A DNA stretch of 64,000 bases from an uncultured Opitutaceae bacterium (GCA_903887455.1 CAISPT010000108.1:3235-67234); one strand, 5' to 3'. Counted from the first letter of the stretch, positions 27,266 through 37,543 are shown. Made by a program: numbers and translations. Notes: generated by a model not told the origin, from the sequence alone.

Positions 27266-28144
27266 TCAGCGGGGGGCGTGCTCGAGGAGCCCGCGGTCCG
27301 CCATCCAGTCGGCCATCCGTTCGGGCCAATGGCGGACCGCCAGGAACTTCGAGCGGTCGCCCATGTTGAACGCGTGCTTGCCCTGAGCGATGAAGTGCGC
27401 CTCGACCGACAGCTTCGCCTCCTTCATCCGCTCCATGAGCGTCTGGGCGACCTTGTCGCACCCGTATTCGTCGTCATTGGCGGCCACGAGGAACACGGGC
27501 GGCGTGTCGGCGGGGATCGTCCTCGGGACCAGGTTCGGTTCCCCGGGATAGATGATCATCAGGAAGCTGGGCCTGCCGTCTTGCCGGTCGACCGGGTCCG
27601 GGGCGCGCGGGTCGCCTTCCGCCCTGTCGAAGGCCACCATGAGCTCGAGCGCGCCTCCGGCCGAGAACCCGAGCATGCCGACCCGCCGCGGGTCGACTCC
27701 GAACTCCGCGGCGCGGGCGCGGACCAGGCGGAAGGCACGGTAGGCGTCCTGCCGGGTGTTCTCAGCGGTGTAGGGCGAGCCCGGCGCCTTGTAGAGGCGG
27801 TACTTCAGCGCGAAGACGGTCACGCCAAGGCCGTTCAGGTACTCTGCCGCCTGCCTTCCCTCGCGGTCGAACACCAGCTCCTTGAAACCCCCGCCGGGTG
27901 CCACCACCACGGCGCACCCGTTCGCCTTTTCCTTGGGCGGCAGGAACACGGTGACCGAGGGGTTGTTGATGTTCTTCACCCAGTAGTCCTTCGCCAGCTC
28001 GGGTTCATCCCTTCGGGACTCAAATCCCGGCGCCCCGTTCGCCCACAGGGGGATGACCTGCGGCGTTCCTTCGCCGTGGGCGAGCCGGGCCAGGGTGAGG
28101 AAGGTGGCGATGCAGAGGGTGCGCGCGAGGGGGGTGGGGCTCAT
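27266..28144 (-). CDS. Secreted alpha/beta hydrolase (esterase, fold-3 / BD-FAE-like)
   Basis: 292 aa from the internal ATG of track ORF 27266..28273. Has a signal peptide, VVAPGGGF and GFSAGG (GxSxG). It is a paralogue of 44309..45226. Confidence 0.75.
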   Translation of the reverse strand: MSPTPLARTLCIATFLTLARLAHGEGTPQVIPLWANGAPGFESRRDEPELAKDYWVKNINNPSVTVFLPPKEKANGCAVVVAPGGGFKELVFDREGRQAAEYLNGLGVTVFALKYRLYKAPGSPYTAENTRQDAYRAFRLVRARAAEFGVDPRRVGMLGFSAGGALELMVAFDRAEGDPRAPDPVDRQDGRPSFLMIIYPGEPNLVPRTIPADTPPVFLVAANDDEYGCDKVAQTLMERMKEAKLSVEAHFIAQGKHAFNMGDRSKFLAVRHWPERMADWMADRGLLEHAPR

Positions 28145-28323
28145 GGGGTTCCTTGGGTGTGGGGTTGGGTCCGCCTTGCAGGACGCGTCCCCGGGTAAAA
28201 GGGTGCCGGAGATCCCTTTGTTGACGGGAATCCCGCGGTGACAAGCAGGGAAGTGTTGGCACGGGGGCCCCAAGTGTCACGATCTCCAGTAGTCCGCTCC
28301 CGACGAAGCCCCGCCCGGTACCC

Positions 28324-29424
28324 ATGAGACGCCTGATCGCCCTGATCGCCCTGCTTGCCCTGGCCGCCGCCGGCAGCCTCTGCGCCCAGTCGGAAGGCCC
28401 CCCGGTTCGCCTCGCGATCGTGGGCCTGGTCCACGACCACGCCAGGGGGTTCATCCCGAGCCTGGCCGGGCGCCGCGACGTGGAGCTAGTCGGCATCGTG
28501 GAGCCCGACCTTGAGCTCTCTGCCCGTTACGCCGAGCAGTTCCACCTGTCCAAGGCGCTCTTCTTCCCGACGATCGGGGCCCTAGTCGCGTCGACCAAGG
28601 TCGACGCCGCGGCGGCGTTCACCTCCACGCTCGACCACAGGCGGGTCGTCGCGGCGCTGGCCCCGCTCGGAATCGACGTGATGATGGAGAAGCCGATGGC
28701 CGTCAGCCTTCCTGACGCCCGGGCGATGGCGATCGCCGCATCGAAGGGCGGCATCCAGCTCGTGGTGAACTACGAGACCACGTGGTACCGGAGCAACCAG
28801 GCCGCCTACAGCGCGATCCACGGGCTCGATGCGATCGGCAGCATCCGGAAGATCGTGGTCCACGACGGGCACCAGGGACCGGCCGCGATCGGCTGCTCGC
28901 CCGCCTTCATGCGGTGGCTCACCGATCCCGTCTCCAACGGCGGGGGGGCGTCGACGGACTTCGGCTGCTACGGTGCGGACCTCGCGACCTGGCTGATGAA
29001 CGGGGCGCGGCCGACGTCGGTATCCGCGGTCTACCAGCACCTGCAGCCCTCCGTGTACCCGAACGTCGAGGATGAGGCCACGATCGTCATCACTTATCCC
29101 GGGGCGCAGGCCATCCTGCAGGCCTCCTGGAACTGGCCCTACGGCCGCAAGGACATGGAGGTCTACGGGTCGACCGGGGCCCTCTTCATCCCGGACAGGG
29201 ACCAGATCCTCCTGAAGCGCGGGGAGGCGAAGGAGAGCCCCCTGCAGGCCCCGGCGCTCCCCGAGGACGAGTCGAACCCGGTCTCCTACCTGGCGGCGGT
29301 CGTCCGCGGGAGGGTGAAGCCCGTGGGGCTCTCCTCCGTCGAGACCAACCTGGTCGTGTCCGAGATCCTGGACGCCGCGCGCGAGTCCGCGCGGACCGGC
29401 AGGCGGGTCGACCTCGCGAAGTAG
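28324..29424 (+). CDS. Secreted Gfo/Idh/MocA-family NAD(P)-dependent oxidoreductase
   Basis: 366 aa. A signal peptide is followed by the Rossmann start RLAIVGLVHDHA, and the EKP motif (MMEKPMA) is present. Confidence 0.8.
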   Translation: MRRLIALIALLALAAAGSLCAQSEGPPVRLAIVGLVHDHARGFIPSLAGRRDVELVGIVEPDLELSARYAEQFHLSKALFFPTIGALVASTKVDAAAAFTSTLDHRRVVAALAPLGIDVMMEKPMAVSLPDARAMAIAASKGGIQLVVNYETTWYRSNQAAYSAIHGLDAIGSIRKIVVHDGHQGPAAIGCSPAFMRWLTDPVSNGGGASTDFGCYGADLATWLMNGARPTSVSAVYQHLQPSVYPNVEDEATIVITYPGAQAILQASWNWPYGRKDMEVYGSTGALFIPDRDQILLKRGEAKESPLQAPALPEDESNPVSYLAAVVRGRVKPVGLSSVETNLVVSEILDAARESARTGRRVDLAK

Positions 29425-29430
29425 CCCCTT

Positions 29431-30627
29431 ATGAAACCCAAGCCCCACTCCCTCATCGCCGCGGCGCTCCTCTGCGCCGCCGCCCTCCCGCTCCAGGCCC
29501 AGGAGCCCTCCAGTGATTTTGTCGGGCTGGCCCGGATCCACTCCGACATCCGCTCCCGCCGCGCCGGAAGCTACGACCGGTCCGGCGGCAACGCCGACAA
29601 CGTCTCCAACGTCGCCGACGGCGCCCGGGTCACCCTCATGGACGTGAAGGGGTCCGGGGTCATTACCCACATCTGGATCACCATGGGCCCCGGGCCCGAC
29701 ACGCTTAACCGCAACGATGTCATCATCCGGATGTACTGGGACGGGAAGCCCTACCCCTCAGTCGAGGCGCCGGTCGGGGCGTTCTTCGGAAACGGCTGGG
29801 GCGAGTCGTACAACTTCGTGAGCGCCCCGCTCGCCGTGACCCCGGGCTGGGGCAAGTCGTACGTGAGCTACTTCGCTATGCCCTACGGCAGCGGGGCCCG
29901 GATCGAGATCGAGAACCAGAGCGGCCGGAAGATCGACGCCCTCTACTACAACATCGACTACGAGGAGATGCCCAAGCTCCCGCCGGAGCTCGGGCGCTTC
30001 CACGCCTGGTACAACCACCAGCTCACCCATGCGCCCGCTGAGGGGGAGAACGAGTGGGAGCTCCTGGGGCCGCAGGGCAAGAACCTCGACGGGCGGGGCA
30101 ATTACGTGTTCGCCGACATCAAGGGCCGGGGGCACCTGGTGGGCGTCAACTACTACGTGAACTCGCCGGGGCCGATGTGGTACGGCGAGGGCGACGAGAT
30201 GGTCTTCATCGACGGCGAGGCGCTCCCGTCGATCAACGGCACCGGCACCGAGGACTACTTCAACACCTCCTGGTCCCCGAAGGAGCTCTTCCAGCACCCC
30301 TACTTCGGCTATGCGCGGGTGAACGGCGAGACCGGCTGGCTCGGCCGCACCCACCTGTACCGCTTCCACATCGCCGACCCGATCTACTTCGACAAGGCCT
30401 GCCGCTACACGATCGAGCACGGGCATAACAACTGCCTTACCCTCGACCTGGCCTCGGTCGCCTACTGGTACCAGGACGAGGCGAGCCCCCTTCCGAGGTC
30501 GTTCACCAAGGAGGAGCGCAAGCCGATGCCGGAGATCGGCGCATCGGACATCCACCTCTGGAGGGACGCGTGGCGCAAGCAGCAGGGAGGCGGCCCCACG
30601 CTCTGGGGCAACGAGAGGAAGCCCTAA
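29431..30627 (+). CDS. DUF2961 / glycoside hydrolase family 172 protein
   Basis: 398 aa with a signal peptide. Has GSGVITHIW and GTGTEDYFNTSW blocks characteristic of DUF2961. Confidence 0.8.
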   Translation: MKPKPHSLIAAALLCAAALPLQAQEPSSDFVGLARIHSDIRSRRAGSYDRSGGNADNVSNVADGARVTLMDVKGSGVITHIWITMGPGPDTLNRNDVIIRMYWDGKPYPSVEAPVGAFFGNGWGESYNFVSAPLAVTPGWGKSYVSYFAMPYGSGARIEIENQSGRKIDALYYNIDYEEMPKLPPELGRFHAWYNHQLTHAPAEGENEWELLGPQGKNLDGRGNYVFADIKGRGHLVGVNYYVNSPGPMWYGEGDEMVFIDGEALPSINGTGTEDYFNTSWSPKELFQHPYFGYARVNGETGWLGRTHLYRFHIADPIYFDKACRYTIEHGHNNCLTLDLASVAYWYQDEASPLPRSFTKEERKPMPEIGASDIHLWRDAWRKQQGGGPTLWGNERKP

Positions 30628-30630
30628 GGC

Positions 30631-32127
30631 CTACCGGGCCGGCGCAAGCCCCGGGGGCGCGTAGCCGCAGCCGGGGTCGTCCAGCACGAGCACCCAGTCC
30701 GGCCCGTAGGAGGGGGACCTGAACAGCCTCCTCGCGCCGCCGGCAACCTCACCGGCGGGGGTCGCGATCCCCGTCCTCGGGTCGAACCACCATGCCGCGA
30801 CCCGGGTGGGGCGGAGCCTCGAGAGGTCAACCACGGCGTCCTGGTCGTTCCTGGGGAAGTAGACAAAGGCGTACGTGCCCTCCCTGTCACGAGTCGCCTG
30901 CAGGTGGCCTCCGCCTCCCGCCGGCCCGCCGACGACGAGCGCCTGGTCGGGTATCCGGGAGAAGAACGGGCGCGACTCGATGAGCTCCCGGAGGTAGCGC
31001 ATCTGCCTGCCGCCGGGCCGCTGCATCGCGTCGATCCAGTCGCGGTCGGCGAAGTTGACGACTCCGTTGCGCGCGTTCGCGAACTGCCACACGGCATGGT
31101 GGCCGTAGGTGACCCCGCAAGCTCCGGCGAACACCGACCTGTAGGTCTGCTTGCGAACGTCGTAGTCCCGGAAGTACCCTGTCGCCGGGTCCCACGCCGG
31201 CCAGGGGTTGTAGGGGTGGTCCTCGTAGTTGGGCTCCAGGTCGAGGGTCGGCTTGGCCGGCGACAGCGCGAAGTCCCTCTCGACCCAGTCCCAGACCGGC
31301 TGGTCGTGGCCCCCGCCGTGCCCGCTCTGCATCCCGTTGATCGAGAGCCAGGGCTCGTCCGGCATCATGACCGAGGTCGTGTACGCGCCGCCTGAAGGAT
31401 GGTAGGCGCAGACGACGGGCCCGCCCGAACCCTCGGCGAGCCCGGCCGCAAGCTCCCTCCAAATCGGACGCCAGTCGTAGCCCTCCCCGAAACCATTCGC
31501 GACGGCCTGGGCGTTGGACCAGGCGCCCGGGCCCGTCCCTTCCGCCCTCGCGGGCCGGTCGCCCCCGAGCATCCAGATGATGTTGGTCCTGCCCCTTAGC
31601 CGGCCCGCCAGGAAGCGCGCATAGGCGCGGGCCACAGGCAGGTTGTCGGTGCGGAAGATCCGCGGCCCGGCTCCCCAGGGGGCCGTCAGCTTGTCGCCCC
31701 AGGTGGGCAGGAGCGCCACGTGGAGACCCCGCGAGGCCGCCTCGTCGACGACCTCCGCCACGCGGTCGAAGTACTTGGCGTTCGGCGCAGCGGGGTCGTT
31801 GCCGATGAAGGGCCGCTCGCCGAGGGCGCTGGGCCGATTGAGCCCGTCGAACTCCGCGAGCACCACCGTCTGGATGACCGTGAAGCCCTGCTCGGCGCGC
31901 GTTTTCAGGTAGTAGCTGCACTCGTCCCGCGTCGTCTGGTCGATCAGCTGCCATGCGGTGTCCCCAAGCCAGAAGAAGGGCCGTCCGTCCGCGGTCTGCA
32001 GGTAGTGCCCTCCCGGGTTCACGGAGACGGCCCCGGGCTGCCCGGGTTCCCCGCGCAGGGCAGAGGAGGGCAGGGCCAGGGCCGCTGCCAGGAGGGCGAC
32101 GCATTTCAAGCGGGGACGTGGGGTCAT
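30631..32127 (-). CDS. DUF4038 / glycoside hydrolase family 140-like protein with C-terminal beta-sandwich domain
   Basis: 498 aa from the internal ATG of track ORF 30631..32589. Has a signal peptide and the blocks DGRPFFWLGDTAW and TVIQTVVLAEF...LLPTWGDK. Confidence 0.75.
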   Translation of the reverse strand: MTPRPRLKCVALLAAALALPSSALRGEPGQPGAVSVNPGGHYLQTADGRPFFWLGDTAWQLIDQTTRDECSYYLKTRAEQGFTVIQTVVLAEFDGLNRPSALGERPFIGNDPAAPNAKYFDRVAEVVDEAASRGLHVALLPTWGDKLTAPWGAGPRIFRTDNLPVARAYARFLAGRLRGRTNIIWMLGGDRPARAEGTGPGAWSNAQAVANGFGEGYDWRPIWRELAAGLAEGSGGPVVCAYHPSGGAYTTSVMMPDEPWLSINGMQSGHGGGHDQPVWDWVERDFALSPAKPTLDLEPNYEDHPYNPWPAWDPATGYFRDYDVRKQTYRSVFAGACGVTYGHHAVWQFANARNGVVNFADRDWIDAMQRPGGRQMRYLRELIESRPFFSRIPDQALVVGGPAGGGGHLQATRDREGTYAFVYFPRNDQDAVVDLSRLRPTRVAAWWFDPRTGIATPAGEVAGGARRLFRSPSYGPDWVLVLDDPGCGYAPPGLAPAR

Positions 32128-32324
32128 GGGGATCGTCTCGGGGCTCCGGCCTAAAAGGGGGGGGTGCGCCGCGCCGAGGGCGTGCGGGCACTTCCCCAAG
32201 GAATCCCTCGCAGCCCCGCTGTCGACTTCGAAGTGCCCGCGGCGCAATCCGCCCGGGCCCCTTGCGCGGGCGGGGAGTTTGGCCTTCTTTTGGGCCGGCA
32301 TTTCTGCCACAGCTGCGCGACGCC

Positions 32325-32786
32325 ATGATAATCGTGAGCCTCTATTGGTCGCCGGTGCACGTGTACGTCGGGCACTTCGGCCGGCCCCCGGGCGAGGGCC
32401 CGATGATCCGGGCCGACAAGCTTGAGCTCGTCGCCGGCCGCGGGATCGTGGGCGACCGGTACTTCGACAGGCCGCTCGGGCACACGGGGCAGGTGACCTT
32501 CTTCGCCGAAGAGGCTTGGAGGAGGCTGGGGGAGGAGCTGGGGATCCGCGAGCCAGACCCGGGAGTCTTCCGCCGCAACATCGTGACACGGGATGCCGAC
32601 CTGCTCTCCCTCGTCGATCGCGAGTTCGAGGTCGGGGGCGTCCGCTTCCGCGGCTCGGAGTACTGCAAACCCTGCGCCTGGATGGACCACGCCTTCGGGA
32701 AGGGGGCCTACCGCGCCCTCGCCGACTGGAGGGCCGGGGGGCTCAGGGCGCGGGTCCTTGACGACGGCGTCCTCGTTCCCTCGTGA
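32325..32786 (+). CDS. MOSC domain-containing protein
   Basis: 153 aa from the internal ATG of track ORF 31953..32786. Has GIVGDRYF, NIVT.G.DL and a conserved Cys (YCKPCAWM), as in MOSC beta-barrels. Confidence 0.75.
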   Translation: MIIVSLYWSPVHVYVGHFGRPPGEGPMIRADKLELVAGRGIVGDRYFDRPLGHTGQVTFFAEEAWRRLGEELGIREPDPGVFRRNIVTRDADLLSLVDREFEVGGVRFRGSEYCKPCAWMDHAFGKGAYRALADWRAGGLRARVLDDGVLVPS

Positions 32787-33376
32787 GCGCGTGCGCCTGG
32801 TGTGGTGCGGTGCTGGCCGGCGGCCGGTCAGAGCGGATGGGACGCGACAAGGCGTTCCTTGTGGTCGGAGCCGCTCCGCTATGGAAGCGGCAGCTCGGCG
32901 TCCTGCGTGACTCGGGCGTCGCCGATCCCTTCCTTGTGAGGGGCCTGGGCCAGGAAAATCCCGAGGGGGCCCGCTGCATCCATGACTCCCATCCCGGGAT
33001 TGGGCCCATGGGCGGCCTCCACGCCGCGCTCATCGCCGCGAGCCCGTCCCCCCTGGCGGTGCTGGCGGTCGACATGCCCGGGATCGGGCCCGACTGGTTC
33101 GCCTGGCTCGGAGGCTTTTGCACGGGCGGAGCCGGGGCCGTGGCGCGCCACGCCCAGGGGTGCGAGCCCCTGGCCGCAATTTACCCCCCGTCCGCCCTGC
33201 CGGTGGTCAATGAGGCGATTGCCGCGCGGGATTATTCGCTTCAGCGGGTCGCGCACCGGCTCGCCGGACTCGGGTTCATCAGGCTGGTCGACATCCGTCC
33301 CCAAGACGCCGGACGCCTTCGTAGCCTGAACACCGCCGGGGACCTGGGCGCCCTAGAGCCCGGGTCCCGACCCTGA
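32783..33376 (+). CDS. mobA: Molybdenum cofactor guanylyltransferase
   Basis: 197 aa with a GTG start overlapping the MOSC stop. Has motif AVLAGGRSERMGRDKA and a later DMPG block. Confidence 0.82.
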   Translation: MSACAWCGAVLAGGRSERMGRDKAFLVVGAAPLWKRQLGVLRDSGVADPFLVRGLGQENPEGARCIHDSHPGIGPMGGLHAALIAASPSPLAVLAVDMPGIGPDWFAWLGGFCTGGAGAVARHAQGCEPLAAIYPPSALPVVNEAIAARDYSLQRVAHRLAGLGFIRLVDIRPQDAGRLRSLNTAGDLGALEPGSRP

Positions 33377-33383
33377 GGCCCGC

Positions 33384-34319
33384 TCAGCCGACGGCCGCGA
33401 CGGCCGATGCCTCGAGGAGCTTTGCTGAGGCGTCGCAGAGGCCGACGAAGGCCTGTTGGGTCCGGGTGAGGCGCCTGCCTTTCCAATAGGCGACGTTCCA
33501 ATGGCGCCTGAGCCTTCGCTTCCCGAGAGGGATCGAGACCAGGGAGCCGCTTGCCAATTCGGAGCCTGCGGTCCACGGAGGCAGGACAGCCGCGCCGACC
33601 CCGAGCTTCGCCATCTCCTTGACGGCATCGACGCTCCCGAGCTCGATCACCGCGCCCATGGAGGCCTTTTCCTGGCGGAAGTAGTCCGCGACCAGGCCGT
33701 GGCAGTGCCCCTTTCGCCCGCAAAGAATGAGGGTTCCTTTTTCCAGCTCCGGCCCGGGCCCGCCCCCGAGCCGTGCCCACGGGTGCTGCGGGGACACGAG
33801 CAGGCGGAGCTCGTCTTCGAATAGGGGCACCAGGATCAGGTCGTCGAGGACCGCCGACGCGGGCGACAACACGAGCGCGAGGTCGACATGGCCGCCGCTC
33901 AGCAGCTCGAACAACCGGGATTGCCCGCCGGGCTCAAGGGCGATGGTGCAGGTGGGATAACCCGACTGAAACTCCCTGATGACGGACGGCAGCAGGTACT
34001 GGCACGCGGTCGTGCCCGCGCCGACCCTGATCCTCCCGCCATCCGACGCGGTAGCGGTCTGGATCCCAGCGCGGGCGGCCTGCATCTCCCGCAGGATGTT
34101 CTCTGCGTGCACCAGCAGCTGCTTGCCGGAGGCCGTCAGCTGAATCCGCTTTCCCACGCGGTCGACAAGGCGGGAGGAAAGGTCCTCCTCCAGCGCCTTG
34201 ATCGCATGGCTCACCGCGGATTGGGTCACGGAAAGCCTCTTTGCTGCCTGGGTGAAGCTTCCGCTTCGGGCAAGCGCCGCAAACGCATTCAGCTGTCGGC
34301 TATCGACGATGGTTTTCAA
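33384..34319 (-). CDS. LysR-family transcriptional regulator
   Basis: 311 aa. Has N-terminal HTH LNAFAALARSGSFTQAAKRLSVTQSAVSHAIKALE. It is divergent from the 34605 operon across a 285-nt spacer. Confidence 0.9.
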   Translation of the reverse strand: MKTIVDSRQLNAFAALARSGSFTQAAKRLSVTQSAVSHAIKALEEDLSSRLVDRVGKRIQLTASGKQLLVHAENILREMQAARAGIQTATASDGGRIRVGAGTTACQYLLPSVIREFQSGYPTCTIALEPGGQSRLFELLSGGHVDLALVLSPASAVLDDLILVPLFEDELRLLVSPQHPWARLGGGPGPELEKGTLILCGRKGHCHGLVADYFRQEKASMGAVIELGSVDAVKEMAKLGVGAAVLPPWTAGSELASGSLVSIPLGKRRLRRHWNVAYWKGRRLTRTQQAFVGLCDASAKLLEASAVAAVG

Positions 34320-34604
34320 GAATGGAATCCGCTTGGGTTAGCGTCTTCACAACCAGCACGAATCAAGCCATTTCGGTTTGAGTAACCCCATGTTACGGCT
34401 CCATGCCGGTAGTTGACCGCGGGGACATTCCGTCACCCGAGCTTAGCAGCCTTTGCGTGGCAATCTTGGGTTGGCTGTTGACGCACGCGGGCAAAGGGAA
34501 AACCGTTATACCCTAGCCCAACGCGCCCGGCGCTTACCCGGACGCATCCCAGCACCCTAGGCAGCCCCCCTTAGGTGTGAGGCGGGCCGTGCCATGCTTG
34601 ACTG

Positions 34605-35471
34605 ATGTCCCTCATTTTCCACCCGTCCTTCGGAAAGGCGCCAGACCGCGTCACCGTGCCAAACGACGAGATTATCCTCAAGGGCAGTCTCCGGAAGACC
34701 GTCGTCCTCGTTCACGGGCTGACGGGCACACCCAATGAGATGCGCCACCTGGCGTTCACGCTCAACAAGCGGGGGTACAGCATCGTTTGCCCGAGGCTCG
34801 CCAACCACGGCCAGCCGCTCCGGATCCTGAAGCGCACCCGGTGGGAGGAGTTCTATGAGTCCCTGCGCACGGTCTTCCTGAAAGCCGCTGAAACGGGCGA
34901 CAAGATCTACGTGGCGGGACTTTCGATGAGCGCCCTCTTCGTGTTGCTCCTTGCCGAGGAGTTCGGGGAACAGCTCTCCGGAGGCGTGTGCTACGCGCCC
35001 ACGCTCTTCTTCGACGGCTGGAACGTGCCGTGGTACAACCGCCTTCTCCCGCTCGCGAGATTCACGCCCTTCGAGCACAGCATCTATTTCAGGGAGGACC
35101 CGCCCTATGGCATCAAGAACGAGCGGATGCGCGCGATGGTCCACCGCTACTTCAGCAAAGCCAAGATTGAGGACATCGACGGGATCTCCAAGTTCGGCTA
35201 CGCCTTCTTCCCGATCTCGTTGTTCCGCCAGCTCCGCCTCCTTGCCGATAGGATTGTCCCGATGCTCGGGAAGGTGACGACCCCAATGCTCCTGGTCCAT
35301 CCCGAGCAGGATGACACCGCGAGCCTCAGGAACTCCCAGATGATCTTCGACGGGATCTCCTCCCCGGTGAAGAAGCTCGTCGTCCTGAAGGACTGCTACC
35401 ACGTGATCACCGCCGACCAGGAGCGCGACCTCGTGGCGCAGGAGACGATCAAGTTCCTCGAGGCCATATGA
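34605..35471 (+). CDS. Alpha/beta hydrolase (carboxylesterase / lysophospholipase-like, S33-type)
   Basis: 288 aa. Has VVLVHGLTGTP, nucleophile elbow GLSMSA and a C-terminal CYHVIT His block. Confidence 0.8.
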   Translation: MSLIFHPSFGKAPDRVTVPNDEIILKGSLRKTVVLVHGLTGTPNEMRHLAFTLNKRGYSIVCPRLANHGQPLRILKRTRWEEFYESLRTVFLKAAETGDKIYVAGLSMSALFVLLLAEEFGEQLSGGVCYAPTLFFDGWNVPWYNRLLPLARFTPFEHSIYFREDPPYGIKNERMRAMVHRYFSKAKIEDIDGISKFGYAFFPISLFRQLRLLADRIVPMLGKVTTPMLLVHPEQDDTASLRNSQMIFDGISSPVKKLVVLKDCYHVITADQERDLVAQETIKFLEAI

Positions 35472-36127
35472 AGCCGTCGCCCCTCCTGGAGGTCTATTTC
35501 GACTTCGACAACACGATCACGGACTTTGACGTCCTGGACGAGGTGATCGCGCGCTACTCGACGGACGACCGCTGGAAGGCCGCCGAGGAGGATTGGGAGT
35601 CGGGGAAGATCGGCTCCAAGGAGTGCCTTGAGCGGCAATTCGCGGGCGTGCGTGTTTCGGAGGCCAGATTACTGGACTACCTCTCGTCGATTCGGATCGA
35701 TCCCGCCTTTCCGAGGATCGTCCAACTTCTGGACGGGCACGGGATCAAACCGGTGATCCTGAGCGACAGCTTCACCTCCTTCATCTCCGCCATCCTCGAA
35801 TCGAACGGCGTCCGCGGCATCGACATCTTTGCCAACGAGATCCGATTCGAGGGCGAGGTTCCCGCTGTTTCGTTTCCTTTTTTCGGGTCGATCTGCAGCA
35901 CGAGCGGCAACTGCAAGACGTCGCATCTGCTCAGGCGCAACAGGCCGGCCGGCACCCGCAAAGTCTACGTGGGCGACGGGCGGTCCGACATCTGCCCGGC
36001 GCAGTTCTGCGAAATCGTCTTTGCAAAGGGCTCCCTCTACGCGCATTACGCCCCCATCCGCGGCAACTGCTTCCCGTTCGAGGACCTCGGTTCCGTCCAC
36101 TCCCACCTTAACACGCTCCTAACATGA
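35468..36127 (+). CDS. HAD-superfamily subfamily IB phosphatase (MtnX / phosphoserine phosphatase-like)
   Basis: 219 aa. Has DFDNTIT (DxDxT) and GDGRSD motifs, and an ATGA overlap with the upstream gene. Confidence 0.78.
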   Translation: MKPSPLLEVYFDFDNTITDFDVLDEVIARYSTDDRWKAAEEDWESGKIGSKECLERQFAGVRVSEARLLDYLSSIRIDPAFPRIVQLLDGHGIKPVILSDSFTSFISAILESNGVRGIDIFANEIRFEGEVPAVSFPFFGSICSTSGNCKTSHLLRRNRPAGTRKVYVGDGRSDICPAQFCEIVFAKGSLYAHYAPIRGNCFPFEDLGSVHSHLNTLLT

Positions 36128-37530
36128 ATCCGATCCAATCCCACGACGCAGCACCCGACGGGCAAGATGAAGACCTGCTTGAGCTCGAGGCAAAGTACTG
36201 CTCCTGGGGCGATACCGTGCACTATGCCAAGGAGCTCACGATGTTCGAGCGCTCCGAGGGCAGCTACCTCTTTGATGACAAGGGGACCCAATACCTGGAC
36301 CTCCAAATGTGGTATTCGGCGGCCAGCTTCGGCTACGGCAACCCGCGCCTGAACAAGGCGCTCAAGCAACAGGTCGACGTCCTACCGCAGCTGGCCTGCC
36401 AGTACCTGCACAAGGAGAAGATCCTGCTGGCGGCGATGCTCGCGCGCAAGGTCGAGGCCGTCTTCGGGGAGAAGGGCCGCATCCACTTCAACGTCGGAGG
36501 GGCGAGCGCGATCGAGGATGCGTGGAAGGTGGTGCGCAACCACACGAAGAAGAACATGGCCTTCGCGTTCATGGGCGGGTACCACGGCCGCACGCTCGGC
36601 GCATCCGCCATCACCTCGAGCTACCGCTACCGCGAAAAGTTCGGGCACTTTGCGGACCGGGCCAACTTCATCCCGTATCCCTACTGCTTCCGTTGCCCCT
36701 ACAGCATGAAGCGGGAGTCGTGCGAGCTCTATTGCCTTAAGCAGTTTGAGCGGCTGTTTGAGACCGAGTACTACGGCGTCGTCAACAAGACCGGCAAGGC
36801 CGAGTTCGGCGCGTTCTTTGTCGAGGCTGTGCAGGGTACGGGCGGTTACGTCGTCCCGCCCGAGGGATATTTCCCGGGGCTCAAGAAGATCCTGGAGCGC
36901 CACGGCATCCTGCTCGTGGACGACGAGATCCAGATGGGATTCTACAGGACCGGAAAGTTCTTCTCCCTCGAGCATTTCGGGGTGAAGCCCGATGTGATCG
37001 TCTTCGGCAAGGCGCTCACCAACGGCATGAACCCCATCTCCGCCATCTGGGCCAGGGAGGAACTCATATCCCCGGCGGTGTTCCCGCCGGGCTCGACGCA
37101 CTCCACGTTCTCCTCGAACACGCAGGGCACCGCCGTGGCCCTCGAGGCGATGAAGATGATGGAGGAGGAGGATTTCGAGGGGCGCGTGATGAAGGCCGGC
37201 GCCTACTTCCTCGCCCGGCTCAAGGACCTTGCAAAACGCTACCCGCAGATGGGCGACGTGGACGGCCTCGGCCTCGCGCTCCGCGTCGAGATGTGCCAGA
37301 AGGACGGGTTCACGCCGAACCGCGAGCTCGTCGACGCGATGATGAACATAGGTCTCAGCGGCACATTGACGTCCGGCGGCAAGAGCAAGGGCCTTATCCT
37401 CGACGTGGGAGGCTACTACAAGAACGTGTTCACGATCGCCCCCTCCCTCTACATCACCGACGATGAGATCGACACCGCGATCGCGCTCTTCGAGGAAGCG
37501 ATGAGGCGGGGAATCGCCGAGACGGCCTAG
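36124..37530 (+). CDS. Class III (omega-type) PLP-dependent aminotransferase
   Basis: 468 aa. Has GGASAIEDAWK, LVDDEIQMGFYRTGKFF and the Schiff-base lysine in VFGKALTNG. Confidence 0.85.
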   Translation: MNPIQSHDAAPDGQDEDLLELEAKYCSWGDTVHYAKELTMFERSEGSYLFDDKGTQYLDLQMWYSAASFGYGNPRLNKALKQQVDVLPQLACQYLHKEKILLAAMLARKVEAVFGEKGRIHFNVGGASAIEDAWKVVRNHTKKNMAFAFMGGYHGRTLGASAITSSYRYREKFGHFADRANFIPYPYCFRCPYSMKRESCELYCLKQFERLFETEYYGVVNKTGKAEFGAFFVEAVQGTGGYVVPPEGYFPGLKKILERHGILLVDDEIQMGFYRTGKFFSLEHFGVKPDVIVFGKALTNGMNPISAIWAREELISPAVFPPGSTHSTFSSNTQGTAVALEAMKMMEEEDFEGRVMKAGAYFLARLKDLAKRYPQMGDVDGLGLALRVEMCQKDGFTPNRELVDAMMNIGLSGTLTSGGKSKGLILDVGGYYKNVFTIAPSLYITDDEIDTAIALFEEAMRRGIAETA

Positions 37531-37543
37531 CGCCTTGGGATTC

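Noticed and set aside
30631-32589. N-terminal extensions of several track ORFs. Examples are 652 aa versus 498 aa here, plus 21284-23797, 25994-27256, 27266-28273, 31953-32786, 39113-39997, 51230-52321, 52879-54180, 53919-55307, 57835-58530, 58380-60737 and 60656-63073.
   Set aside because: The extensions are Pro/Arg-rich, overlap neighbouring genes and precede an internal Met. That Met is followed by a signal peptide or by the conserved family N-terminus. The shorter starts were used.
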